64,000 nucleotides of DNA from Macrostomum hystrix (lineage: Eukaryota; Animalia; Platyhelminthes), in the NCBI GenBank assembly GCA_950097015.1, contig CATNEN010000039.1:5766001-5830000 (forward strand), read 5' to 3'. A program made the position numbers and the translations under genes. The notes under the pieces are model-generated. The model saw only the letters and a list, made by a program, of their open reading frames with translations, made no database searches and had not been told where the DNA came from. Position 1 is the stretch's first letter. Every line of letters starts with the position of its first letter. Positions 1-12,229 of this stretch are shown one piece after another.

Positions 1-185
1 ACTCAGAGACATAAGAGCCTGAGACTCAGAGACATAAGAGCAGGAAGTGCAGGTAGTCAGAAGGTAGACTCAGAGACATAAGAGCCTGAGACTCAGAGAC
101 ATAAGAGCAGGAAGTGCAGGTAGTCAGAAGGTAGACTCAGAGACATAAGAGCCTGAGACTCAGAGACATAAGAGCCTGAGACTCA
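1..185. repeat. Minisatellite: 23-bp ACTCAGAGACATAAGAGCCTGAG subunit in a 67-bp higher-order period, truncated by the window edge
   Basis: The unit recurs at positions 1, 68 and 135. Confidence 0.9.
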
Positions 186-427
186 TAGGTGGCAGTTTCA
201 AAGATAGTGTCTTTAGGGACGTTAGGCCTACCTAGCAACTAAGCAACTGATTCTAGCTAGTTCAGTGTCAGCTTTCGTTAAACCCGACCAGCCTCACTAA
301 TTCAGACGAGTTAAATTCAGCCGGGAGCTATCGAAAGCTATGCAAAATGTTGATGTAGCACTGACATTTGATTTGTGTAGCAACCTGCCAGCCAGGAATA
401 TAGCTGACAAGATGGTCTACAGTGCTT

Positions 428-3006
428 CTAGACATAAGGGACTACATTGGTAATCGTACAGAACAGGCAGGGCCTTACACTGGACAGTCCGTTATCGTCC
501 TGGCAGCCAGGAATCTGATGCAGATAGCCGTAGCCAATGCCACAGCCCAGGACGCCGTCACCGCCCCAGTCGGGATCGGGCGTGACGGTAAGCTGGCGGA
601 ACTGATCAGTGGAGCTGCAGTAGACATACAGCTGCAGTACAGAGCAGGGAGGCCGGGACTCAATCAGCTCGAACAGGTCCTCGTGAGAATTCAGCGAAGC
701 TGCTTCTTTAATTCCAACTATTTCGTCACCACCACAAACAGCGGCACCAACAATGAAATCGCTGCCAGGATGCAAGCCAGCTAGACTGGCTGGGGAGCCG
801 GGTGCTACATCAAGAATGCGCCAGGCTAGCGCCGGCTGGCCCGCATGGCTGCACAGCCTCACACTGATGCCTAGCAGGCCCTGGCCACCCCACGAGTTGT
901 TGGCTGACAAATCTGATGACCCTGTTGTCGTGACAATGGCTACACTGACTTGGCGCACCTGTCTTACCTTGCTGCTGTACACAGACAAGTTAATGAAGGT
1001 GGGAGTGGCCAAGACTGCACGTTCAGATGATATAGCTGAATGCCAGTTTTTCGGCATTAGCATGCCATGTGGCTGTTGTTCTGCAGTCTAAATTGGAATA
1101 AAATTTTATAATAAATGATGATGTGATGCCATTTAATATATTACTTAATGACCTTTAGGGTGCCACGTTTCCTCTTACGACTTAAACTAATATTAATTTA
1201 AAGTTCTTTAGATTGGCAAGCTATATTTTAACAAGCTAAGAATAGGCCCTATGATTTATTCAATGCAAAGCTTGGTTACTTCCCAAAAATATTTGGAAGT
1301 CTAGCTACTATTATGAAAAACTATAATTGCAGGAGTGCTGCAGGCAATGGTACATCATTTGGTCACACTATGCAAGTCTGCCCATTTTACTGACTCCTCA
1401 GCACAGAAACTCTAAAACTGTATGCAAGCACATGCTCACACAAGTGGGTACATCTGCATTCTGCATTAACTTTCTCATTGTCAAACAGTGTAAACTTTCA
1501 TTGTGAGTTGGAGGTTGGCCCTGAAGGGCAAAATTATATAACAAGCCCTTAGGTTTTCTCTCTAAATGGAGCTACAGCCCAAAGGCCCAAATAAATGAGG
1601 TCTTGCCAAGAAGTCAAGTTTAGGTACCTTGGTGCAGGAGGCAAATGAGTTAACCATGCTGCCACACACCCCTAGCAATTCTTTGTCCAGGTCAATGATT
1701 TAGAGTAGCTGTGCCATATAAGGCAAAATTGATTGATGTGAAGCTACTTATTGCAAGTTTTTTAAGTTGAAGTTTTAAATAAATTGAAGTCACTTTTTAG
1801 ACTTACAATCTAATATAGCAATTAATTCTATAACAAAACCTAAAACTCAAGCCTTAGATAATAGCTAAATGTTAACTTACCATATATTGTCCATTAATGG
1901 CTAATATAAAGTCAAAGAATGGTTGAAGACCTGCTTGTTCAGCTGGTGAATTAGGCTGAACCTAAAATGTTTCAGTTTATGTGTAAATATAGTGTTAAAT
2001 TTAAGAATAAAGAATAAAAAACATATGTACATATGCATAATTACTTGTCTTCTTAAATTGTGAACTGTAGTTTGTTAATATTAAACCAGCTATCCTATAG
2101 AACTGTTTGTTTAATGATTTTTCCACTTCAAATTATTTATTTTATATTTGCATAGTTCAAAAATATGAAACACATAAACAAATTAACAGTCAAACACACG
2201 GGAAGCAAAGTTGTTTGTTATAGTTTACTCACCACATCATCACAATACGAGGGTATACTACGTGTACACTTGGACATGGTAATAGTGTGAATTAATTATA
2301 CTATCTAAGACACATCATTTTTATGACATTTAGATTTATGCGCTGAAGTGGCAGAATCTTAAAAGTGTATCAGCCTTGTGCAAGCAAGATGCGAGACATG
2401 AAAAAATATATACAGTCAAAAGGTTGTGGCTTGTGTTATATTGTGATTTGATGTGGCAAATGAACTATAACAAAAAACTTGCTTCCCGTGTGTGTTTAAC
2501 TGTTAATTTGTTCATGTGATTCATATTTTTGAACTCTGCAAATATAAGAGAAATGATTTGATGTGGAAAAATAATTAAACAAATGGTTCTATAGGATAGC
2601 CTAAAAACCATAATTTTGTGCTAATCTAAGTGGGTGTAATGTGACAATGAAGTTTTATTTAGCACCCTATACATGAACTTAAACACTTAGACCCCCTAGG
2701 TAATAAAAAGTATAGTACAAAAATATCACTTTAAATTATTAGGCCAGCCAATGCTCTAGCACAAAAGAATACACTGCTCTATAATAGAGAAATTGAAGTG
2801 TTTATTATCTTGACTACCATAAACATAGTTACCAATTACCACATACATTTTGAACCCAAGTTGCCAAATGAGATTTTGAGGAAACTGGAAACCAGTATAT
2901 GCCAAAATATAGCTTTTAAAAGTTTGAGACTTACCCTTAAAATGTGATATGCATATTTACTACCAGGCTTTTGATTATTATATGAATTGCTAAATATGAG
3001 ACCCAT
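428..3006 (-). CDS. GORASP2: Golgi reassembly-stacking protein (GRASP55/65 family), 3 exons, about 270 aa
   Basis: Exons 3006-2935 (MGLIFSNSYNNQKPGSKYAYHILR), 1961-1881 (VQPNSPAEQAGLQPFFDFILAINGQYM) and 1087-428, joined by phase-0 GT-AG introns. GRASP motifs YSSK, WGGQGLLGISVR, SPASLAGL and PDPDWGGDGVLGCGIGYGYLHQIP are present, with a Gly2 myristoylation site. A possible donor (GTAAGG at 478) means the true 3' end may lie outside the window. GORASP1 versus GORASP2 cannot be resolved. Confidence 0.9.
1385..1672 (-). mobile_element. tRNA-derived SINE family 2, decayed copy in a GRASP intron
   Basis: The reverse complement GGGGTGTGTGGCAGCATGGTTAACTCATTTGCCTC...CATTTATTTGGG...GGGCCAACCTCCAA...GGAGTCAG aligns with the copy at 52270. 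Confidence 0.65.
2089..2600. mobile_element. Foldback/MITE-like element with about 160-bp imperfect terminal inverted repeats
   Basis: GCTATCCTATAGAAC...TTCAAAAATATGAA...CACACGGGAAGCAA on the left mirrors TTGCTTCCCGTGTG...TTCATATTTTTGAA...GTTCTATAGGATAGC on the right. Confidence 0.8.
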
Positions 3007-4555
3007 TCTTTTGTAGGCAAAAATTCAAGGTTAACATTTAGTCAGTCAGCTAAAAGGACAACACCAAGGGTAAAAACAGTAGTCTAGCCTAGATATGGTA
3101 AGCTAGAAGCAAGACAGCAATCAATAATTAGCTAGCTACCCTATCTCTTCAACAACAAAAAGTTCATAGCTGTCGACTGCTACTACTTTTACATTTGCAG
3201 TAGGCCCTAAGCTAGCTAAGCAAGCTATTAAAAACTAAGCATTATGTAAATCGCATTAAGGACAAAATGAAAATGGGTGAATAGTGAAGCCACAAATTAG
3301 ACTAACTTTAGAAGTTTAGCTTAGTCCCAGCTAATCTATGTTTACGAAGTAATAGTAAGCTATTAATAGTCGACTTATTTGCATACATTGGCGTCAATTC
3401 AGAGCGTCATGATGATATAGCCGGGTGACTATTTTCTTCTATTTTCGTTTAAAACAAGCTGTAGCAAAATACTTAAAAAACAAACAGCTTGTTTGTTGTT
3501 TAAATTCGTGTACTTTATACTAGTTTAAGCAAAAATTTCCCAACTAAGTCTGTAGAAAGACTACAGTCACATCATTGCTTCAATGTCAAAGAGAAAAAAA
3601 AGAAATAATAATCGATGAGCTATTAAATAATTAGCAAACTTAGAAACACAATTAAGATTACTTTAACTCGCACAATTTTAAACGTAGCAAGTCAAACTTA
3701 AAAATATAATAAGGGTATACAATCCTTAAAAGAACCTTTAAGCTAAACAAATAATCCCCTTAAAAGTCCCCATAAATGTTTTCTATATCAAAAGTTGCTA
3801 TTTATATTTTTTAATATAATCACTTAATGTTGCAAAAAAACTTTCTTTTTTCAAATATGAGTTTTGGTTTCTCCGCCGCTTCACAAGAATTTTAGTGCAA
3901 AAATGTTTATAAGTATTATTTTTTATTGTAATTTTTTATTGTAATTTTTTCAGTAGATTAACTGTTTTATTATTTAAAGCCAACCTAATAACATGTAATA
4001 ATTAATGACATGAAAGACTTAAAAAACTAAGCAAAATAAAATTAGGCCTAAATTGAAGAAAAAACTGGAATAGAAATTTCAGTTAAAAATCAGATAAATT
4101 ATCGTTACTAAAAGCCACTGGAGTAATACGAATATAATGGAAATACGATTTATAAAAACTGAGCTTTGAAGCTATCTAAAACATATCGCCAACATGTAAC
4201 TACTTTCTTGTTATCTAGAAATGATCTAGCTTTAAAAAATATCTTTTCAAGTAAGTTTAAAGAGTATAACTGCAATAATAATACTTTCTTGCGATTATTC
4301 ACTCGAACAAGGCTCAAATTAAAATAATAATAGCGCTTAAATCTTAATGGTGTTACTTCGATGTCTTTAAATGCAAGAATGCAACTCTAAATGTAAATTT
4401 CAGGGTAAGTAAAGACAAAGCAAGTGCAAGGAATTGACACTTAATCAGCTTTCATTGAATGGAGGCTAAATTTACAGAAAATAGTCAGCTAAAGCGACCG
4501 ACAAGGTAAATCTCCTAAGTTCTCTTTAACTCTTTAAGATATGATCCGATAAGAA

Positions 4556-7104
4556 ATGAATCTAATAAATTCAATTTATCAAACTCTGCCCAGGATTCTT
4601 ATGAGCTCAGCTCCGATCAACAGGGTAAAATCTAGTCCCTCAGAAAAGAAGCAAAAAAATCTGCAGCAACAACAGAAAAAGCCTCAGCAGCAGCAGCAGC
4701 AACCACAACAACAGAATGATCCGCAACCGCAGCAGCCAGATTTACTTCTAAGCCTAGCTGCTGACCCCAGTCAAGCAGATCGACTGCGCAGCCTGCTGCT
4801 CCAGACGCCCCAGTCAGAGCTGCAAACTAGCGAGCCTGGTACCGGCCACTCGCCTCTGATTAAGGCTGCGCTCTATGGCAACTCAGCAGCGCTGCGCCTG
4901 CTGGTCAGTCGGGGAGCGGACGTCTCGGCTGTTGGTGTTGGCGGGAACACTGCATTGCATCTGAGCGCTATGCGTGGCGACTCCGACTCTGTGCGCTGCC
5001 TGCTAGACGCCGGAGCTCAGTCGAATGCGGCAAACTCGGCCGGAGAGACGCCCGCTGATTTGGCCACCAATGAGGAGGTTTGTCGTCTGCTGGCTGAATA
5101 CTGCCGGCTGATGCCTCGATCGGGGAAGTACACTGACGAAACAAAAGCTGATGCTGCGCGCATAACAGAGTCGTCAGTTTCCCAGGTACTCGTAGGTCTG
5201 CAGTGCCGTCTTGTTTCTAGGGCTTAAAACGTTTCCCTTAGGAGAAGTGAAGAATGGTTCTGCAGGACGACAACAAATTTCCTGTCGTGCAGATATACAT
5301 TTATTCTTATTTTTAGCTCCCATCAGCCGCTCCTGGTCAAGCGTTGAACGTAGCACCCTCCGTCACACATGCGCCAGCTCGGCTTCCCGGTGCCATCTCA
5401 GGACCGAAGAAGCTGAATCGCAGCGGTGGCCACAATCTGGGAGGCACCGCCACCCTTCAGCAAGCCGCAGAGAAAAGAGCGGCGGTGAAAGACTTCTTGC
5501 GGCGGCGCAGCAATGGAGTTGTGGCGAAAACGCCGCATCAGGAGTCACCCTCTGAGGTACATAAGGTGCAAGTAACTTTGCCGAAGCACCCGGAGCAATC
5601 GGAAAGTCTAATGCCCAAGCCGGATGGCGACAGTTTGACGAATGCTGCAGTACGGGCATCTTCAGAGGTGGAAAGGTACAAGAAATGATCTACTGCAGGC
5701 GCATTTGTATGGTTCTATCACCGTAACATTTATTTTCAATTTACAGCTTTACTATGCCGAATATCGAAAGCAACAAAAATAAAGCAAACGCAAGCAGCCC
5801 TAGAAAAGAAAGTGGCCTCTTAAACGGAAACTTGTATGACAACGCAGGAAATGCCCACCAAAATGATTGTAACACAGCCGCAAGTGAGCCAGGCAACAAA
5901 GCCCACATGCCAGAGTGCAACCTGAGTAACAAGGATCTCATGTTACCGAGAGAGCCCCTACTCCAATGGCGTCAGGGTCCCCTTTTGGGACGCGGAAGTT
6001 ACGGCAGCGTTCATCAGGGCCTCACTGACTGCGGTCGCATCATCGCCGTTAAGCGCGTGTGCGTCGACTGCGAAGCTGAACTTCGACGCATCCGACGCGA
6101 GGTCGAGATCTTGAGCTGCCTGAGCCACCCCAACATCGTCCAGCTGTTCGGCACACGGCAGTCCGGCGGAGACTTTCACATCGCCATGGAGCTGGTACCT
6201 GGCGGCAGCGTTCGCAGCTTGCTGGACCGATTCGGTGCCCTCACTGAGCGGCAGTGCCGCGGCTACCTGGGCCAAGCGGTCAGTGGCCTGGCTTTTCTTC
6301 ACGACAACGGCATCCTGCATGGTGATATCAAGGTTTTCAATGCACCTCTATGCAATAACTGCTCTTCTATACGCCATTTTCTGTGAAAAATCCTACAAAT
6401 CTCGACCGAATGATCAGTTTATTTTCTATTCGAAAAATCTATAAACGTATTTTTTGATCGTGTGCAGTATTTCTTGACGTCACCATTTTTAAGAAGCTTG
6501 TAGTTTTTGGAAAAGTAAAGCACACATACCGGGGTTGGACCCAGACTCAGATATTTGATGCTATTGTGTAAACAAAAGAGCCTCCCTTGCGCCACCTTTG
6601 AAGGGCCACAACATCATGGTGTCCGACGCTGGCATTGTAAAACTGATTGACTTTGGCTGCTCGCGGCGCCTGCATCGCCAACTCGGCCAGGAACAGCCGA
6701 CAATGCCATCGTCGATGGTCGGCGGCAGCGCCGCATCACTGGACGCCGCCTCATTGAACGGCACGCCCTACTGGATGGCGCCCGAGGTTGTGCTGGCATT
6801 CGGCTGCCAGCCGACCAGCCCTGATGAGAGCGGCGGCGGCGCCGGGCTGCAGCTGAAGTCCGACTGTTGGTCAGTTGGCTGCACATTGCTGGAGATGGCC
6901 ACCACTCTGCCTCCCTACGCCGACATGTCTCCGTTTGCAGCCGTGTTCGCGATCGGCCGCGGCACACCGGAGCCTCCAGCGCTGCCGGTCGGCTTCTCTC
7001 ATCGAGCGGTGGACTTCTACGCTGCCTGCCTACGGCGGGAACCCAAATTTCGACCATCCACGCAGGAGCTACTGAGGCACGAGTTCTTGTTGGCTTCTCC
7101 CTGA
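4556..7104 (+). CDS. Ankyrin-repeat STE11-family Ser/Thr kinase (MAP3K19/YSK4-like), 4 exons, about 691 aa
   Basis: Exons 4556-5185, 5317-5675, 5747-6332 and 6604-7104 (intron phases 0, 2, 0; all GT-AG). N-terminal polyQ and ankyrin repeats (GHSPLIKAALYG, GNTALHLSAMRG, GETPADLA). Kinase motifs GRGSYGSV, IIAVK, HGDIK|GHN, DFG, GTPYWMAPEV and KSDCWSVGCT. The start could instead be ATG 4601. Confidence 0.88.
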
Positions 7105-9481
7105 GGTGACGACGAAGTGACGTCACCAGAGCCTTGCCAGCGCATATCTTGAGTCTTGCGATTAGTAATTTGCAGTTGGAAATTAGTTATTTTTTTCCTT
7201 TTCATTTCAAAATTTGAGTAGATTTTTGACTGCTTCGAAGAATTAAATTTTCTAAGAGTATTATCTGTTATTTACACAGTTTATCTTCTTCTCACCAAGA
7301 TATTTTTAGCTCACCAAAACCTGTAAATTGTATTTGATGTACATGTCCAATATGACTGCCTGTATCATGACAAACTTTAATCATTCTCGAATTACAATAA
7401 TATCTTAGAGCTACTACTCTTCGTGTTTTTGCGCTGTCCGAATACAGTTTTAAGCTAGAATTTTAAAAGTATGCGAATTAGGGCATCGTAAGTTATAAGT
7501 CGTCAATTTAATTTACGCAAATATGCATCGTACTAGTAGTACTTTGCACATTTCACATGTCATAACAAATCAAAAAATTAGCTAAATAATTTTATGGGAC
7601 AATCGACTTTCTTCAGGTTGGATACTTTGACGCATCATTTGCCTTATAACTCTGCATTTTATTTCTGCTATAATCTTTATTGTCAAATTACCATGCACTA
7701 ATTCTACCGGACAATAGTGCTCCGGACTGTCTTTGAAAGAACTTAATTTAATGGCTTTGGTCTTGATTTTTCTTTATTCCTCTAGAATTTCATAAAATAT
7801 ATAGTTTTTTAGGTTAATTAAAACGTCTATTCATTTTATTTTGGTATGATATAGATCTTTGTTATCCGAATCAGTGAGGTTGCAAGTAAAGTAAATGATC
7901 AACGATTCGTAAGTTGTAACTAATCATTTTGCACGCAATATGACACTTTACCGCATTATAGCCATATTTAGCATTTTGCCTTCGATACACATTTGGTGTG
8001 CTGATGTTACCTTCTCAGGTGACACCAATTCTCCTCTGACTATAAATTGTAACTTTATAGCCGCATGCTTTCTCAGAGAACCATCAGCAGAAAATCTTAA
8101 TTTTCGTATATGGTGACGTTAGACTTTGAGCAGAGTTTACCTGGAAAATTTCATTCCTGCTGATTTTGATTTTTTTTCTCATCCGTGATGGCTTCGAAGC
8201 CACTCTGCTCCCCATGCGTCTATTCCGCTTCACTGACGCAGCCAGAGCAGCTTTGAAGGTTTTGTCAAACTTCTGAAAGGTGACATTTCCACATCCAAAA
8301 TGGCGCTCACTTCATAACTTGTTAACTCCCGGAGTTGACTGTCGCAACTCGCTTCAGCAGAAAGATCGTTTACTAGAGTATCCAACAGGCTGTTGTCGAG
8401 TGCCTTGCTGAATCCGATTCCAGGCACAGGCAAGCCAGTGTACTGATTGAACATTCGCCCACGGCCACGGAGTTGGCATACAAAGTCGATTTCATCACGC
8501 TGCAACCCGCAAATCTCGCCTCCTTCTATACAAGGGTAGTGTATCATGTTCTCAGAACGCTCATGTCAGGTGTTAATATAACAATATGGATAGGCTCATA
8601 GAAATTGACAGTAATCTATTTATGAGATCTATGACATAGCCATAGACATTGACAGCGGGCGCGACAGCTGGCATGAAATGGAGTCAATGCATTGAAATGA
8701 AGGCGTTTTTGCCATAGACAGTTGCAGCGGGCGCAAAATTTCATTTCTTGCCCGCTGCTGGGGCTGGCTCTTTTATGCCATAATAATAATATACCATTAA
8801 TACCCATGCTTTAAGGGCGTTAATGGAAAATCAGAGGGCGCCGTTAGGTTTTTGACCGATTCGCTCATTTCTGCCCTAAGCAGCCTATCCATATTATTAT
8901 ATTAAAAACCAATAATAAGTTAGACATTTTTGCTATTTTTACTCGTTCTTTTCGGCTCAGAACTAAAATGAAATACAGTTTGCATTTTCTGCCATATAGA
9001 CCAATTCCACTTATCAAGACTAGCACAGAATTTACACATCAAGACTAGCAGTTTGACTCGTTGGCCGAGGAATAGCGTTTCTCGGCCCGCCTTTGAAATC
9101 AAGAAAGGATACAAATCCACTTCACGGCCCTCGGATTCTCCTGCTTTCTGCCCTAGAAAGCCTGAAGGATTTATATAGTCACTGTAGCCTCATAGTAAAA
9201 AATTTGCATGTTAGTCCAAGTAAAGTACTCGTCGGTTTATAATCTTGATATTTTTTCGTGTATACGAGGTGTTACATGGTTTCCCTACCTCCAATACTCG
9301 CCATAGACACTAGTTTTCACCGATTACCAGTTATTTAGCGGAATGCGTCAAAGTCCTCTTCGCTTAAACGCATAGCTTTAAGTCTAGACGTCGCATTCGT
9401 AATTGCAACAAGCAAACAAGCGAGCCCAAAAAGCCAGAATTTTGCTAGGCTACTAACTTCGAATCACTCGCTGGATTGGAC

Positions 9482-10812
9482 ATGGCCACGAGCTCGCCGA
9501 ACTCACAAAGTGAGCCTACGTCGGCGCTCATAGAACCTGACGGCTTCTCGAGCTTGTCGTCGTCTGCGCTCAACCATCTTGAGCAGTCGATGTCGTCCAT
9601 CATGGAGATGGCGGTTCGGGACCAGGTCCACAAAAGTTTGCAGCGCATTGAACGGTACATGGCCAGGCGAAATCCTGGCGCCCTGCAGAAAATATTCAAC
9701 TCTTATGCTTCGGGAACGTTCGCTGATCCGCGCAACACCAACCAGAATGCCCAGGTCGGCATGACGCGGTTCCTGGTGCCGCCTCCACAGAGGCTGTTAC
9801 AGAAGCAGCAGCAGCCGAAGGAGGAGCCGATAGTGTTTAACTATAAACAAAGTCGAATGGAGCAGGATCATATTGACCTACGAGTGGTTGGTAAGCTGGC
9901 TTAATAAATCGTTTCATTACCTATGCATTGAATCCAGAAAATGAGCATTTTCTTTTGCACAGCATAGCAAAAGAAAGATAGCCTTAGACAATAATTTAAA
10001 GCACGTAGAATTTAACGTAGTATGCTGCGATGATATAAATTTATTTGAATTCAACAAAATTTGTGAACTGCCGTCAAACGATTTTACCTACCACAGAGCA
10101 CATTAAGATTCCTCACGGCATAGCGCTGCGCAGTCTGATAGTTCCACCGCCACCAGATGCTCTGTTTACCGATGACTATCCGGACATGCCACTGGAAGAG
10201 CTCCTACAACAGCAGCAGGGCTTTGAATGGTTAGATACCAATGTTAGCAACGCTGAGCAATGTGCTCGGCGAGCAATGACCCGCGAACTTGTTAAACAGA
10301 GTCTCGACGACTGGGTGTTCCTCTACTTCCGGGTGCAGAAACGCAACTGGGAGAGCACGGTGGTCGAGGAGAAGAAGAACGCCACCGATGTGAACATGTA
10401 CGCAGAGGACCAGGTGCACAAGTGGACGCTGAAACTGCGCTTCAAAATGCTGCGAATGGCGCCCATTAAGACGGCTCTAACCGCGTTCCTGTCCCGCATG
10501 GGTCTGGAGAGCAACCCCAACATTGTGTTTTGTCGGGACGGCTTCTATGGCCTAATGGACGTTGGTAACATTTACGGTGAGCTCACCAAAACGCCCTGCT
10601 CCACGATCAGCTTCAACTCAACGCCGAAATATCTCGGCCTGAAGAACGGCGATGGAATCTTCGTAAACTCGGTTAGCGGCACTCAACGCCAGATGATGGA
10701 GGACGTACCCAGACAGGATGTCCCGAAGAAGAAGGAGCACAAACAGCACGAGGCTGGCGAGGATGAAGAGGGCGAGTTCGAGTTCATTGAGGAGGGCGAT
10801 GAAGCGGAATAG
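9482..10812 (+). CDS. Uncharacterised 374-aa protein with a SUMO-like (Rad60-SLD-type) domain and an acidic tail
   Basis: Exons 9482-9890 and 10097-10812, joined by a phase-1 GTAAGC...CCACAG intron, with GC-rich coding-like composition. SUMO-like segments: DHIDLRVVG, RFKMLRMAPIKTALTAFLSRMGL and NSTPKYLGLKNGDGIFV. Confidence 0.75.
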
Positions 10813-12229
10813 GTTGAAGAATCGTGGGGCCTATTTGCTAGGCAAGACAAAAGTTTTAAACATTGAAATTGAAAATAACCTTGAGATTACAAACTGTCCG
10901 TATCTCAAGGCTGAAAAGCTGTTTCATTTTCCGCATAACTTCCAAAACAAAGCTTCCAAACAAATGTTAAGAAAAGCACCAAAAGCACCAAGGCTTTCAT
11001 TTTCTAATCCTTGCAAAATGCGCGACAGGATCTAAGAGACCTCAGAGGCCTTTTATTTGCTAAGTATTGATGCGAATAGCAGTACACAATAAAACAGAGC
11101 AGCAGGAATCAAAGCCTGAATTCTCTCACTGTTGTTCAGTGCCTTCGTGCGGTTGATATGACAACTTTCCGCTCCCAAGCTGTAGTTCCTTCTCCTCTCT
11201 TTCAGCTGTGACTTCCTGCAGAATGAATAGCACATTTTCGCAACAATCGCTCAGCAATCCCTCTTCCAGCAGCTTCGCCAGTCTGTTTGATTGACATAAT
11301 ATTCGTCACTTCTCCTCATCCCCACAATGTCTTGGTTTCTTCCGGCATTTTCCTTGCATCCCATCCCATTACACAGTTTTCATCTTCCGCACACGACATC
11401 TTTCTTATCTTTCTAAGAAACAGGGCAATTTTCATTTTGCCGAACAAGGAAATTGTGCGTCCTTTTGATTGACACATGGATTCCGGGGTTTATTCTTCTG
11501 TCCCCGTATTTTCATTTCTCTGTTTTTTGACTTGACTTCTTCGGAGTGCTCGATGGAAATTAATGGTACTACGCTTTTGAGCTCATAGCCAGGAACGAAT
11601 TTGTGTCTGGCGCAACAAATGCGCTCCGTATAGTGGTCCAATGACGAGCGAGCATCTCGTTTATGGGCGTGAAACTAACCCATTTTAAACAGTTTTCCTA
11701 AATGCGGCCAACAAGGTTTCCAATTTAATCCCATGAGATATGTGACTTATGCGCACCAACTTGAGGAAAAAAAGGATCAATTCAGTTTAACCAACCTGTG
11801 CATTGGTAGGAAACTCATTTTCAGCCCCTTACTTAAACAAAATACATGCATGGAAATATACTAGCTTGTAGATTGATTAGATAGATGAAGTTTAGATAGT
11901 CGCGATTCCAATCGCGCATTATAAAAACTGCTGCTTGGACATTTCTTGCACTTTAAAAGGTTTTTAATCCAAAAAAAATAAACTTGCACTTTTTAGCTGA
12001 TTGTTCTCAGATTTAAATGCACTTTAGCAGAGCCGCGGTCGTGACTGGGCCTGCCCATGGTCGATTGCTTCCATCCAATCAAAGTGGGCGGTGGGTGATG
12101 ACATAAACCTTATACTCGTAAGATAGAAGGCGGTGATTACTAATCGCTCTGCTTCACCTAAGACATAAATCTATAAAAAGCAAGTTTTATAAATCCTAAA
12201 GTTTTACGGGCCTCGTATTAGCCTTCATA

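Noticed and set aside
8230-8547. 105-aa minus-strand ORF
   Set aside because: No recognisable motif or supporting splice structure. It could be a TE fragment, but I cannot support a call.
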